Origin: Pseudomonadota bacterium
GTDB lineage: Bacteria; Pseudomonadota; Gammaproteobacteria; Burkholderiales; Burkholderiaceae_C
Assembly (NCBI GenBank): GCA_029561195.1
Contig: JAKQJK010000240.1
Coordinates: 2,240-66,239, forward strand
DNA length: 64,000 bases
Direction of reading: 5' to 3'
Part shown: positions 38,317-46,176 of the stretch, piece after piece
How positions within the stretch are numbered: position 1 is the stretch's first letter
Layout of the letters: every line of letters begins with the position of its first letter
The notes under the pieces: model-generated
The model's database searches: none
What the model was told of the DNA's origin: nothing
What the model saw: the letters and a program-made list of their open reading frames with translations, nothing else
Translations under genes and position numbers: made by a program

Positions 38317-40421
38317 GCGCGTGCTTTTTCGCTGTTGTTACGCCCCGAATACCGGCTCACCAGAGCAGCTTGTGCACCGTGCGCCAAACGCCGGTTTTCA
38401 GGAATCACCCGAACATACTGGCCATCGGGCAGCATGTCCCAAGCATCCACGTCATCATGAAGGTAGGCTACCAGACACTCGTCCACAATACGCTGCCGCT
38501 GTGCCGGGTCCTTAATTGGCCAAGCCAGTTCCACCCGCCGCATCATGTTGCGATTCATCCAGTCGGCGCTGGAGAGGTAGAGATCTTCTGTATCACCGCT
38601 GCGAAAGTAAAAGACGCGTGTGTGCTCCAGAAAGCGGCCAATCACGGATCGCACCCGAATGTTGTCAGTAAAACCCTGTACCTGGGGCGGCAGGATACAG
38701 GCGCCCCGGACAATCAGATCTATCCTGACACCCTTTTGGCCCGCCCGAATAAGCGACTCAATCAATGCTTCATCTGTCAGGGCATTCATTTTTGCGACAA
38801 TCCGGCCAGATTGGCCTCTCGATGCGGCATCCCCGATGAAATCAATCTTCTGGATAAGTTTTCGGTGCAAATGAAAGGGTGCCATCCACACGTCATTCAT
38901 GCGTGCCAATCGGCTTTGGCCTGCCAGATGGACAAAGATATTAGCCATGTCCGCCGTGAGTGACGTGTCCGAGGTGAGGTGGCTTATGTCGGTGTACAGC
39001 CGCGTTGTCTTCAAGTTGTAATTACCCGTTGACAGGTGCCCATAGCGCCGGAGTTGCTTGCCTTCCCTGCGGGTGATCAACATCATCTTGGCATGGGTCT
39101 TCAACCCAACCACACCGTAAACAACCTGTGCACCTATGGATTCCAGCATCTCAGCCCAGTTGATGTTAGCCTCTTCGTCAAAGCGCGCTTTCAGTTCCAC
39201 AACCACCATGACCTCCTTGCCACGGCGTACGGCTTCGCGCAGCAAATCCATCAGGGCTGAATCTGACCCCGCCCGGTAGATGGTCTGTTTGATGGCCAGT
39301 ACCTGCGGGTCGTGCACAGCCTCACGAAGGAATTCCAGAACCCCATCAAAACTCTCAAACGGCTGATGAATGACGATGTCGCCCTGCTTCAATTGCTCGA
39401 ACAGGGAAAGCCCCGGCGCAATCTGCGTGGGGTAGCACGGCTGATGTGGGGAAAAACAAAGCTGCGGCGAATTGACCAGGTCAATCAACTGCGTGAGGCG
39501 AACTAGGTTGACCGGACCATGCACCCGATACAGCGCCTGTTCCGGCAGCTCAAACTGCTGCAGCAGAAATCTGGACAGGTATTCAGAGCAACCTGCAGAC
39601 ACCTCCAGTCGCACTGCCTGGCCATAGTGGCGGTGCTGCAACCCCTGACGCAAGGCCGTCCGGAGATTTTTGACGTCGTCTTCGTCCACCGACAGTTCAG
39701 AGTGCCGGGTCAGGCGGAACTGTGAGAACTGACCCACCTCACGCCCGGGAAACAGTTCGCCCAAATGCGCCCGTATTACGCTGGAGAGGGAGACAAATAG
39801 TCTGTGTCGGCCGGAGATTGCTTCAGGCATGCGAATGAGGCGCGGCAAGACCCGCGGCACCTTCACAATGGCAATGTCGTTGTCGCGCCCAAAAGCGTCC
39901 AGTCCACCCAGGCGTACGATGAAATTGAGTGACTTGTTGGCCACTTGGGGGAACGGGTGAGACGGATCCAGCCCAACCGGTAACAGCAGGGGCCGAACTT
40001 CCTGTTCAAAATACCGCTTCACCCAGCGACGCTGGGCCGCGTTCCGATCCCCGTGCGAAACAATTCTGATGCCCTGCTTTTCAAAAGCGGGCATCAACTC
40101 GTCGTTGTACAAGGCATATTGCCGCGAGACCAGCACATTCGCTGCCGTCGCCAGCGCGGCAAACGATTCCGTCGTATATGCGCCCTGTCGATCCCCCGCC
40201 CGTTGAGCAGCCACATGAGGCTCTGCACGAACCTCAAAAAACTCGTCCAGATTAGAAGAAACGATGCACAGGTATCGCAGACGCTCCATCAGAGGCACCT
40301 CAGCACGGCAAGCCCAGTCAAGCACTCGCTCGTTGAACGCCAGGATGCTGTGATCCCTGTCCAGCAAAGGCGTCACGGGTGCCTGGCCTGTCGGCTCACG
40401 TACAGATACAGAAGTGAACAT
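38313..40421 (-). CDS. ppk: polyphosphate kinase 1
   Basis: 702 aa; SILAFNERVLDWA N-terminus and two PLD-like HKD-type regions (VGLKTHAKMMLI and GRFLEHTRVFYF). Confidence 0.95.
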   Translation of the reverse strand: MFTSVSVREPTGQAPVTPLLDRDHSILAFNERVLDWACRAEVPLMERLRYLCIVSSNLDEFFEVRAEPHVAAQRAGDRQGAYTTESFAALATAANVLVSRQYALYNDELMPAFEKQGIRIVSHGDRNAAQRRWVKRYFEQEVRPLLLPVGLDPSHPFPQVANKSLNFIVRLGGLDAFGRDNDIAIVKVPRVLPRLIRMPEAISGRHRLFVSLSSVIRAHLGELFPGREVGQFSQFRLTRHSELSVDEDDVKNLRTALRQGLQHRHYGQAVRLEVSAGCSEYLSRFLLQQFELPEQALYRVHGPVNLVRLTQLIDLVNSPQLCFSPHQPCYPTQIAPGLSLFEQLKQGDIVIHQPFESFDGVLEFLREAVHDPQVLAIKQTIYRAGSDSALMDLLREAVRRGKEVMVVVELKARFDEEANINWAEMLESIGAQVVYGVVGLKTHAKMMLITRREGKQLRRYGHLSTGNYNLKTTRLYTDISHLTSDTSLTADMANIFVHLAGQSRLARMNDVWMAPFHLHRKLIQKIDFIGDAASRGQSGRIVAKMNALTDEALIESLIRAGQKGVRIDLIVRGACILPPQVQGFTDNIRVRSVIGRFLEHTRVFYFRSGDTEDLYLSSADWMNRNMMRRVELAWPIKDPAQRQRIVDECLVAYLHDDVDAWDMLPDGQYVRVIPENRRLAHGAQAALVSRYSGRNNSEKARA

Positions 40422-40442
40422 TCAGCGTCAATCAATCGATGT

Positions 40443-40494
40443 ATTACGAATTCATGACAGATTGTTCATTGGTTTCATGACAATGGTGTGACAA
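40443..40494 (-). promoter_or_regulatory. phased Pho-box array upstream of ppk1, overlapping the 3' end of the upstream glycosyltransferase gene
   Basis: The minus strand reads T TGTCACA CCAT TGTCATG AAAC CAATGAA CAAT CTGTCAT GAAT TCGTAAT: 7-mers at strict 11-bp phasing. The first box covers the stop codon of 40475..41557. Confidence 0.7.
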
Positions 40495-41557
40495 CTTCCG
40501 CTTTAACCGGTGAGGAGACGAAACGGTCACCCAGATGGGCGGGTACCAGGTGCCCCATAAATAACTGACTCGCATGCGCCCAACTAAAAGAAAGCGCGCG
40601 CGAGCGGGCCTCATGCCGGGGAGTCGCCAGTGCGCCATACCATGCCTGAAGCAGGTCGTCATGCAGGACACCGCCAGTAACCTGACTATGCCCCGATCCC
40701 AGCACTTCCCTTGGACCATCGACCGGGTAGGCCGCGACGGGTGTACCGCAGGACATTGCCTCCAGCATCACCAGACCAAAGGTCTCTGACTTGCTAGGCA
40801 AAACAAACACGTCAGCACTGGCGTACACCTCTGCCAATTCGCTCCTGGGCAGCAAGCCCAGCCAGCGCACGCCGGGAAAGCGCTCTTTCAAACCAACCTC
40901 CAGCGGCCCCACGCCACACACAATCTTGGTGCCGGGCGCATCCAGCTTAAGAAATGCTTCAATATTTTTTTCATACGACACCCTCCCGACGAACAGAGAA
41001 ACCGGTCGGGCCAACTCACCAAGGTGGGCATGCGGCCTGGCCTGCGCAGCAAAGGCGAATAACTGGGTATCCACTCCGTGGGTCCAGCTGCGAAGATTGC
41101 GAAAACCCCGCTGCTCCAGCATGCGTAGCACCCCATTGGTCGGCACCAATACACCAGAAGATGGCCGGTGGAAGTGCCGAAATAGCGCGTAGCCCCAGGA
41201 CAGAGGAATCTTGAGCGCCGCATTTAGAATTTCAGGGAACTTGGTATGAAACGCCGTGGTAAACGAGAGCCTGCGCTTGATGCAGTAAGCCCGCGCGGCC
41301 CAGCCGAGAGGCCCTTCTGTAGCGATGTGAATTGCCTGGGGAGCCAGAGCATCAAGGCGACCCCAAAGCGCTTTTCCCGCAAAGATCGCCAGGTCAATAC
41401 CCGCGTAGCCGGGACATGGGTGCGTCTTGAATTGACCGGGATGAATGACATGCACCTCATGACCTGCGGACACCATTGCGCGGACCAGCTCCACCAAAGT
41501 GGTTACCACGCCGTTGACCTGGGGTTGCCAAGCATCTGTAATCAGGGCAATTTTCAT
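40475..41557 (-). CDS. GT4-family glycosyltransferase (Agt-like candidate glycolipid synthase)
   Basis: 360 aa; MKIALITDAWQPQVNGVV and SETFGLVMLEAMSCGTPVAA (EX7E region). Sits in an operon with a PlcP-like phosphoesterase. Confidence 0.7.
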   Translation of the reverse strand: MKIALITDAWQPQVNGVVTTLVELVRAMVSAGHEVHVIHPGQFKTHPCPGYAGIDLAIFAGKALWGRLDALAPQAIHIATEGPLGWAARAYCIKRRLSFTTAFHTKFPEILNAALKIPLSWGYALFRHFHRPSSGVLVPTNGVLRMLEQRGFRNLRSWTHGVDTQLFAFAAQARPHAHLGELARPVSLFVGRVSYEKNIEAFLKLDAPGTKIVCGVGPLEVGLKERFPGVRWLGLLPRSELAEVYASADVFVLPSKSETFGLVMLEAMSCGTPVAAYPVDGPREVLGSGHSQVTGGVLHDDLLQAWYGALATPRHEARSRALSFSWAHASQLFMGHLVPAHLGDRFVSSPVKAEVVTPLS

Positions 41558-41568
41558 CTGTGCACTCC

Positions 41569-42414
41569 TTACGCCGTTATTGTTTGTGACACTGGTATGG
41601 CGAATGGCAGCGTATCTATCGGGTTCCAGTGAATTAATTCCAGAAGGCCATCGTGGTGCTCCACAAGTGCCGTTCGGCTCTCTACCCAGTCGCCATCATT
41701 GCAATACAGAATGCCATCGATATCACGCATCTCGGCGCGGTGAATGTGCCCGCACACCACCCCTTGGTGGCCCCGTCGACGGGCCTCGCCAGCCACAGCT
41801 TCCTCAAAGTCGGTCACATAGTTCAATGCCGTTTTCACCTTGTTTTTGAGGTAGGCCGACAACGACCAATACGGCAACCCCAAACGGGCACGCAGGGTGT
41901 TGAGATGGCGGTTCAGTTTGAGAGTGAATTCGTAGAGGTTGTCGCCCACGTAGGCCAGCCATTTGGCGCACTGGATGACGCCATCGAAATAGTCTCCATG
42001 GGTAACCCACAACTGGCGCCCGTCGGCCGTGATATGCACGGCATCTTCGACTACGTCAATACCCCCGAACTGGTGCCCAATGAAGGCGCGTGCAAATTCA
42101 TCATGGTTGCCTGGAACAAAAGTTACCCGACAACCTTTGCGCGCGCGGCGCAGCAGCTTCTGGATCACGTCATTGTGCGTCTGTGGCCAGTACCAGCGCC
42201 TGCGCAACTGCCATCCGTCTACTATGTCGCCGACCAGATACAGGTAGTCACTGGGGTACGAACGCATGAAATCCAGCAAAGCCGTTGCCTGGCAACCTGG
42301 TGTGCCCAGATGCAGGTCCGAGATGAAGATGGCCCGGAAGCGTTTGACAACAACGTCGTCGTCCCGTTCGGGGGAATACGGTCCATCGTCCATGTCAAAC
42401 ATTGCCCGCATCAC
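41569..42414 (-). CDS. calcineurin-like metallophosphoesterase, LpxH/PlcP-like
   Basis: 281 aa; ISDLHLG, GDIVDGW, PGNHDE and CGHIHRAE metal-binding motifs. Confidence 0.7.
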   Translation of the reverse strand: MMRAMFDMDDGPYSPERDDDVVVKRFRAIFISDLHLGTPGCQATALLDFMRSYPSDYLYLVGDIVDGWQLRRRWYWPQTHNDVIQKLLRRARKGCRVTFVPGNHDEFARAFIGHQFGGIDVVEDAVHITADGRQLWVTHGDYFDGVIQCAKWLAYVGDNLYEFTLKLNRHLNTLRARLGLPYWSLSAYLKNKVKTALNYVTDFEEAVAGEARRRGHQGVVCGHIHRAEMRDIDGILYCNDGDWVESRTALVEHHDGLLELIHWNPIDTLPFAIPVSQTITA

Positions 42415-43310
42415 GCACCCAGAAAGTGTTTGCGGTACCGCGATGGCAGGTCTTCCAAGCGGGCCATGATCGGCAAATCCGCGGAGTTGAAGGTGGGGTC
42501 CCAGGCTGGAGGGCCTAGCACCTTGGCGCCCAGCCGAAGGTAGCCCTTGATCAGAGCTGGCGGCTCCACGGCCAGTTTTGCATCAAGCTGCTCAATGGGC
42601 AAGGCGCAGCGTGGAAATACCTGACGCTCGATGGGAGCCAGATGGGTTTTCTCCAGCCGACTCCAAATGCTCGCCGCCGCATGGCCACCATCCGCACCGT
42701 TGTGCGACATGGGAATGCTGGCGCAGCCAATCATGGTCTCAAACTGGTTGCGCACCATGAATTCAAACAGCGCTCCACCCAGCGCCATGATCACGCCACC
42801 ATGGCGATAGTCCTTATGGACACAGCTGCGGCCCAGTTCCACCATGCGCTCGCGCATGCCGCGGAGGCGGGTCAAGTCGAACTCGGTATCCGTATAGGTG
42901 GTGCCAATACGCCTGGCCTGCGCCGGGGTGAGCACCCGGTAGGTTCCCACCACCGCGCCAGTTGCCTTGTCGCGCACCAGCAGATGTTCACAAAAATCAT
43001 CGAACATGTCGATGTCGTGTTCGGGATAAGCCGATGGAGCTGCCGTTTCCAGGCGTGCACCCATCTCACCCGAAAAGATCTCATACCGCAGCCGTTGGGC
43101 TTCGCGCACTTCATCCAAATGTCTGGCCCATACAGCTGTAATGCCGCTCGGTAGTGGTTGCACTTCCGCCGCAGGCGTGGGCTGTGGTGCCGTGACTTGC
43201 TGAGGTTCACGCACCCGAGCAATGCCAAGAAAGTTTGAGCTCCTCAACAGGAAAGCGGGAGACAGCGCAAACGTGGGAGTAGGCAATTCTTTCATGTATT
43301 GTTCCTTCAT
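42411..43310 (-). CDS. GNAT-fold N-acyltransferase, OlsB-like (lyso-ornithine-lipid synthase/hemolysin-like family)
   Basis: 299 aa; RLRYEIFSGEMGA..., VGTYRVL and ELGRSCVHKDYR are typical of the OlsB-type acyltransferase family. An alternative start lies at 43295. Confidence 0.6.
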   Translation of the reverse strand: MKEQYMKELPTPTFALSPAFLLRSSNFLGIARVREPQQVTAPQPTPAAEVQPLPSGITAVWARHLDEVREAQRLRYEIFSGEMGARLETAAPSAYPEHDIDMFDDFCEHLLVRDKATGAVVGTYRVLTPAQARRIGTTYTDTEFDLTRLRGMRERMVELGRSCVHKDYRHGGVIMALGGALFEFMVRNQFETMIGCASIPMSHNGADGGHAAASIWSRLEKTHLAPIERQVFPRCALPIEQLDAKLAVEPPALIKGYLRLGAKVLGPPAWDPTFNSADLPIMARLEDLPSRYRKHFLGA

Positions 43311-43382
43311 CAGGTTGCAGACTTAGCTTGAATAAAGACAGGTAAATGGTGGCTGTTCTTCGTGACGCCTCTATGGCGCTTG

Positions 43383-43400
43383 CGTGGCATTTGCGTGACA
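43383..43400 (-). promoter_or_regulatory. Pho box upstream of the OlsB-like/PlcP-like/GT4 operon
   Basis: The minus strand reads TGTCACG CAAA TGCCACG, about 75-90 nt upstream of the operon start. Confidence 0.6.
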
Positions 43401-45668
43401 ATGCAGAACTTTTTGCTCGACCTCACTAGCTGCATGTCTGTCAAGAATTTTCCCTATGAAGCATCTCCCCTGCGTCAGGGCGCGATGGAGAAGTTGCGGC
43501 TGGCACTACAGGAACAGCAGGTGGTACTGGACAGCGCGGGGATCGGCATCGCGTTTATCAAGGGTCGGGCCGTCATTCGCTGCAACCAGCGATTTGCAGA
43601 AATCTATGGCTATGCGCAGATGCAGGATGTACTTGGGAAAAGCAGTCGCTCCTTATATCCGGATGACGAAGCATTTCGCGCACTGGGAGAGGCGGCCTAC
43701 TCCGTCATGGCCACTGGCGCGCCTTACAAGGCCGAAGTGCGGATGCGTCGGTGCGACGGAAAACTCTTCTGGACCCACCTGACCGGCAAGCTGGTGAACC
43801 CTGCCGACACCGACCAGGGATCGATCTGGATCGTGGACGACATCAATGAACAGAAGGACGCGCAGGACCAGTTGCAATCCGTCCTCATTGAGCAAGGACT
43901 CATTCTTGACAATGCGATGGTTGGCATCGTTTTCCTCCACGATCGCAAGGTAACCCGATGCAACAGCAGCTTCGAGAAACTCTTTGGCTATGGACCGGGA
44001 GAACTCGACGGCAGTTCGTCACGCCAGTGGTATCTGAATGACGCTGACTGGCTGGAGGCTGGACAGCGTTGCTATGCACCCTTTGCGGCAGGCCAGGCCT
44101 TCGAAGGAGAGATGCTTCTTTGCAAAAAGGATGGCACGGCCATCTGCTGCGAAGTGCGCGCCAAAACCATTGACTCCCATGACCTTAGCCAGGGCTCCAT
44201 CTGGATCACCATGGACATCACCGCCCGAAAGCAGGCCGAGAAGGAGTTGTTGCGGGCACAGTCCGATCTTGAAAAACTAGTGGAAATCCGCACCCTGGAA
44301 CTCAGCCACACAGTGATGAAGCTAGAAAGAAAAGCTGCCGAGCAAAAAGAAGCTGAAGCCCATATCCAGCGCCTGGCCCATTTTGATTCGCTGACTGGAC
44401 TGCCCAATCGCATCCTGTTGAATGACCGTTGCCAGCACGCGCTGAGTGTGGCGCAGCGAGCTGGCCAGTCTGTGGCGCTGATGTTCCTTGATCTGGACCA
44501 TTTCAAGAGCGTCAATGATTCGCTGGGGCATCGGGTGGGTGACGAGGTGCTGGTGTTGCTGGCAAACCGGCTCAGAGATGTGGTGCGGGAGCAGGATACC
44601 GTGTCACGACTCGGTGGCGACGAATTCATTCTGCTGTTGCCAGAAACCGATGCAGCAGGCGCCGCCCATGTAGCGGAAAAACTGCTATTAACCGCTTTGA
44701 TACCGTTCCAGATTGAGCAGCATGAACTTACCGTCACGCCGTCCATCGGCATTGCACTGTATCCGCGGGATGGTACGGATCTGGACACCCTCTCTAAATG
44801 CGCAGACGCTGCAATGTACCGCGCCAAGGCGGATGGGCGCAACAATTTCCGCTTCTTCACAACTGAGATTCAAGCCCATTCGGACCGCACCCTGCTGCTG
44901 GTGAACGCTCTGCGCCGCGCGCTGGAGCGTGGCCAGCTGGCACTGCATTACCAGCCACAGATTTCGTTGGCTACCGGGCAAACGGTGGGCGCTGAAGCGC
45001 TGCTGCGATGGCAACATCCCGAGCTGGGCAACGTATCACCCGCCGAGTTCATACCCATCGCTGAAAGCAGTGGATTGATTTTGCCCATTGGTGAATGGGT
45101 CATTCGCACCGCCGTCAACCAGCTGGCCACTTGGGTTGCAAATGGCATGGCACCCATCACCATGGCGGTAAACCTGTCGGCTGTGCAGTTCCGGCATGCT
45201 GATTTGCCCCAACTTGTGTCCGACATCCTCGAAGAGGCCGGGCTGCCCGCCGACCTGCTGGAACTGGAGCTGACTGAAGGCGTCGCAATGACCGACCCGC
45301 TGGGCGCGATTGCCGTGATGGATGACTTGCGCCAGCGTGGCGTACGCATGTCGATTGATGACTTTGGCACCGGCTATTCGTCGCTGAGTTACCTCAAGCG
45401 GTTTCAGGTTTACAAACTCAAGATTGATCAGTCTTTTGTGCGAGATATCACCGAAGACCCCGAAGACAAAGCCATCGTCGGCGCCATCATCAGCATGGCC
45501 ACCAGCCTGGGCATGCAAACCATAGCCGAGGGCGTGGAGTCTGAAGGACAACTGGAGTTTTTGCGCGCACGGGGCTGCACGGAGGTGCAAGGCTACTACT
45601 TCAGTCGGCCCGTGCCGACAGCAGCGTTTGAAGACTATATCCGCCAGGACGCCCACCGGACAGTCTGA
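43401..45668 (+). CDS. PAS-PAS-GGDEF-EAL cyclic-di-GMP signalling protein
   Basis: Two PAS regions, RLGGDEFILLL (GGDEF), EALLRW and DDFGTGYSSLSYL (EAL). The start is uncertain: 43362 in the ORF track, ATG at 43401 or later. Confidence 0.88.
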   Translation: MQNFLLDLTSCMSVKNFPYEASPLRQGAMEKLRLALQEQQVVLDSAGIGIAFIKGRAVIRCNQRFAEIYGYAQMQDVLGKSSRSLYPDDEAFRALGEAAYSVMATGAPYKAEVRMRRCDGKLFWTHLTGKLVNPADTDQGSIWIVDDINEQKDAQDQLQSVLIEQGLILDNAMVGIVFLHDRKVTRCNSSFEKLFGYGPGELDGSSSRQWYLNDADWLEAGQRCYAPFAAGQAFEGEMLLCKKDGTAICCEVRAKTIDSHDLSQGSIWITMDITARKQAEKELLRAQSDLEKLVEIRTLELSHTVMKLERKAAEQKEAEAHIQRLAHFDSLTGLPNRILLNDRCQHALSVAQRAGQSVALMFLDLDHFKSVNDSLGHRVGDEVLVLLANRLRDVVREQDTVSRLGGDEFILLLPETDAAGAAHVAEKLLLTALIPFQIEQHELTVTPSIGIALYPRDGTDLDTLSKCADAAMYRAKADGRNNFRFFTTEIQAHSDRTLLLVNALRRALERGQLALHYQPQISLATGQTVGAEALLRWQHPELGNVSPAEFIPIAESSGLILPIGEWVIRTAVNQLATWVANGMAPITMAVNLSAVQFRHADLPQLVSDILEEAGLPADLLELELTEGVAMTDPLGAIAVMDDLRQRGVRMSIDDFGTGYSSLSYLKRFQVYKLKIDQSFVRDITEDPEDKAIVGAIISMATSLGMQTIAEGVESEGQLEFLRARGCTEVQGYYFSRPVPTAAFEDYIRQDAHRTV

Positions 45669-45683
45669 TGTAACGTCTGAAAA

Positions 45684-45729
45684 TGCTACTATTTTTGTAG
45701 CTCTTCACGCATATTCCACGGGTGCTAAG
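45684..45729 (-). repeat. AT-rich dispersed repeat, copy C (intergenic, reverse orientation, one extra base)
   Basis: The reverse complement cttagcacccgtggaatatgcgtgaagagctacaaaaatagtagca aligns with the family consensus. Confidence 0.65.
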
Positions 45730-45781
45730 GTCACTTTTTGTACCTAAAAATGCCTGAACTTCAGCGTCTTGCAAAAAAGAT

Positions 45782-45811
45782 TCCATATTTCAATTATCAT
45801 TGAAATATGGA
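45782..45811 (+). promoter_or_regulatory. perfect 13-bp inverted repeat (putative ArsR operator) overlapping the arsR start codon
   Basis: TCCATATTTCAAT tatc ATTGAAATATGGA. The arsR ATG (45807-45809) lies inside the right arm. Confidence 0.6.
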
Positions 45812-46163
45812 ATCAAAAATCGCCACTCAGCTATTGGATGAACCTGCCGCTGTCAAAGCCCTGTCAGCGCTGGCACAAGCCCAGCGCCTGCGGGCATTTC
45901 GCGCACTTGTAACCGCCGGGCCCGACGGATTGACGCCTGGCGCCATGGCCGAGCAGCTGTGCGTGGCACCCAGCGCCTTGTCCTTTCACCTGAAGGAGCT
46001 GGCCCATTCGGGCCTCGTGCACATGGAGCCCCGTGGTCGCAACCTGATTTACCGCGCCAACTTCCCACACATGAGCGCACTGCTGGGTTACCTGACCGAG
46101 CACTGCTGCCAGGGTGCTGATTGCGCCGTTACGGGGGTGGCCGATTGCATGAGCTGCGACTGA
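45807..46163 (+). CDS. arsR: ArsR/SmtB-family metalloregulator with C-terminal cysteine cluster
   Basis: 118 aa; winged HTH (LCVAPSALSFHLKELAHSGLV). The C-terminal HCCQGADC...DCMSC resembles the C-terminal As(III) site of Acidithiobacillus-type ArsR. Confidence 0.88.
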   Translation: MESKIATQLLDEPAAVKALSALAQAQRLRAFRALVTAGPDGLTPGAMAEQLCVAPSALSFHLKELAHSGLVHMEPRGRNLIYRANFPHMSALLGYLTEHCCQGADCAVTGVADCMSCD

Positions 46164-46176
46164 GGCACCGCACAGA

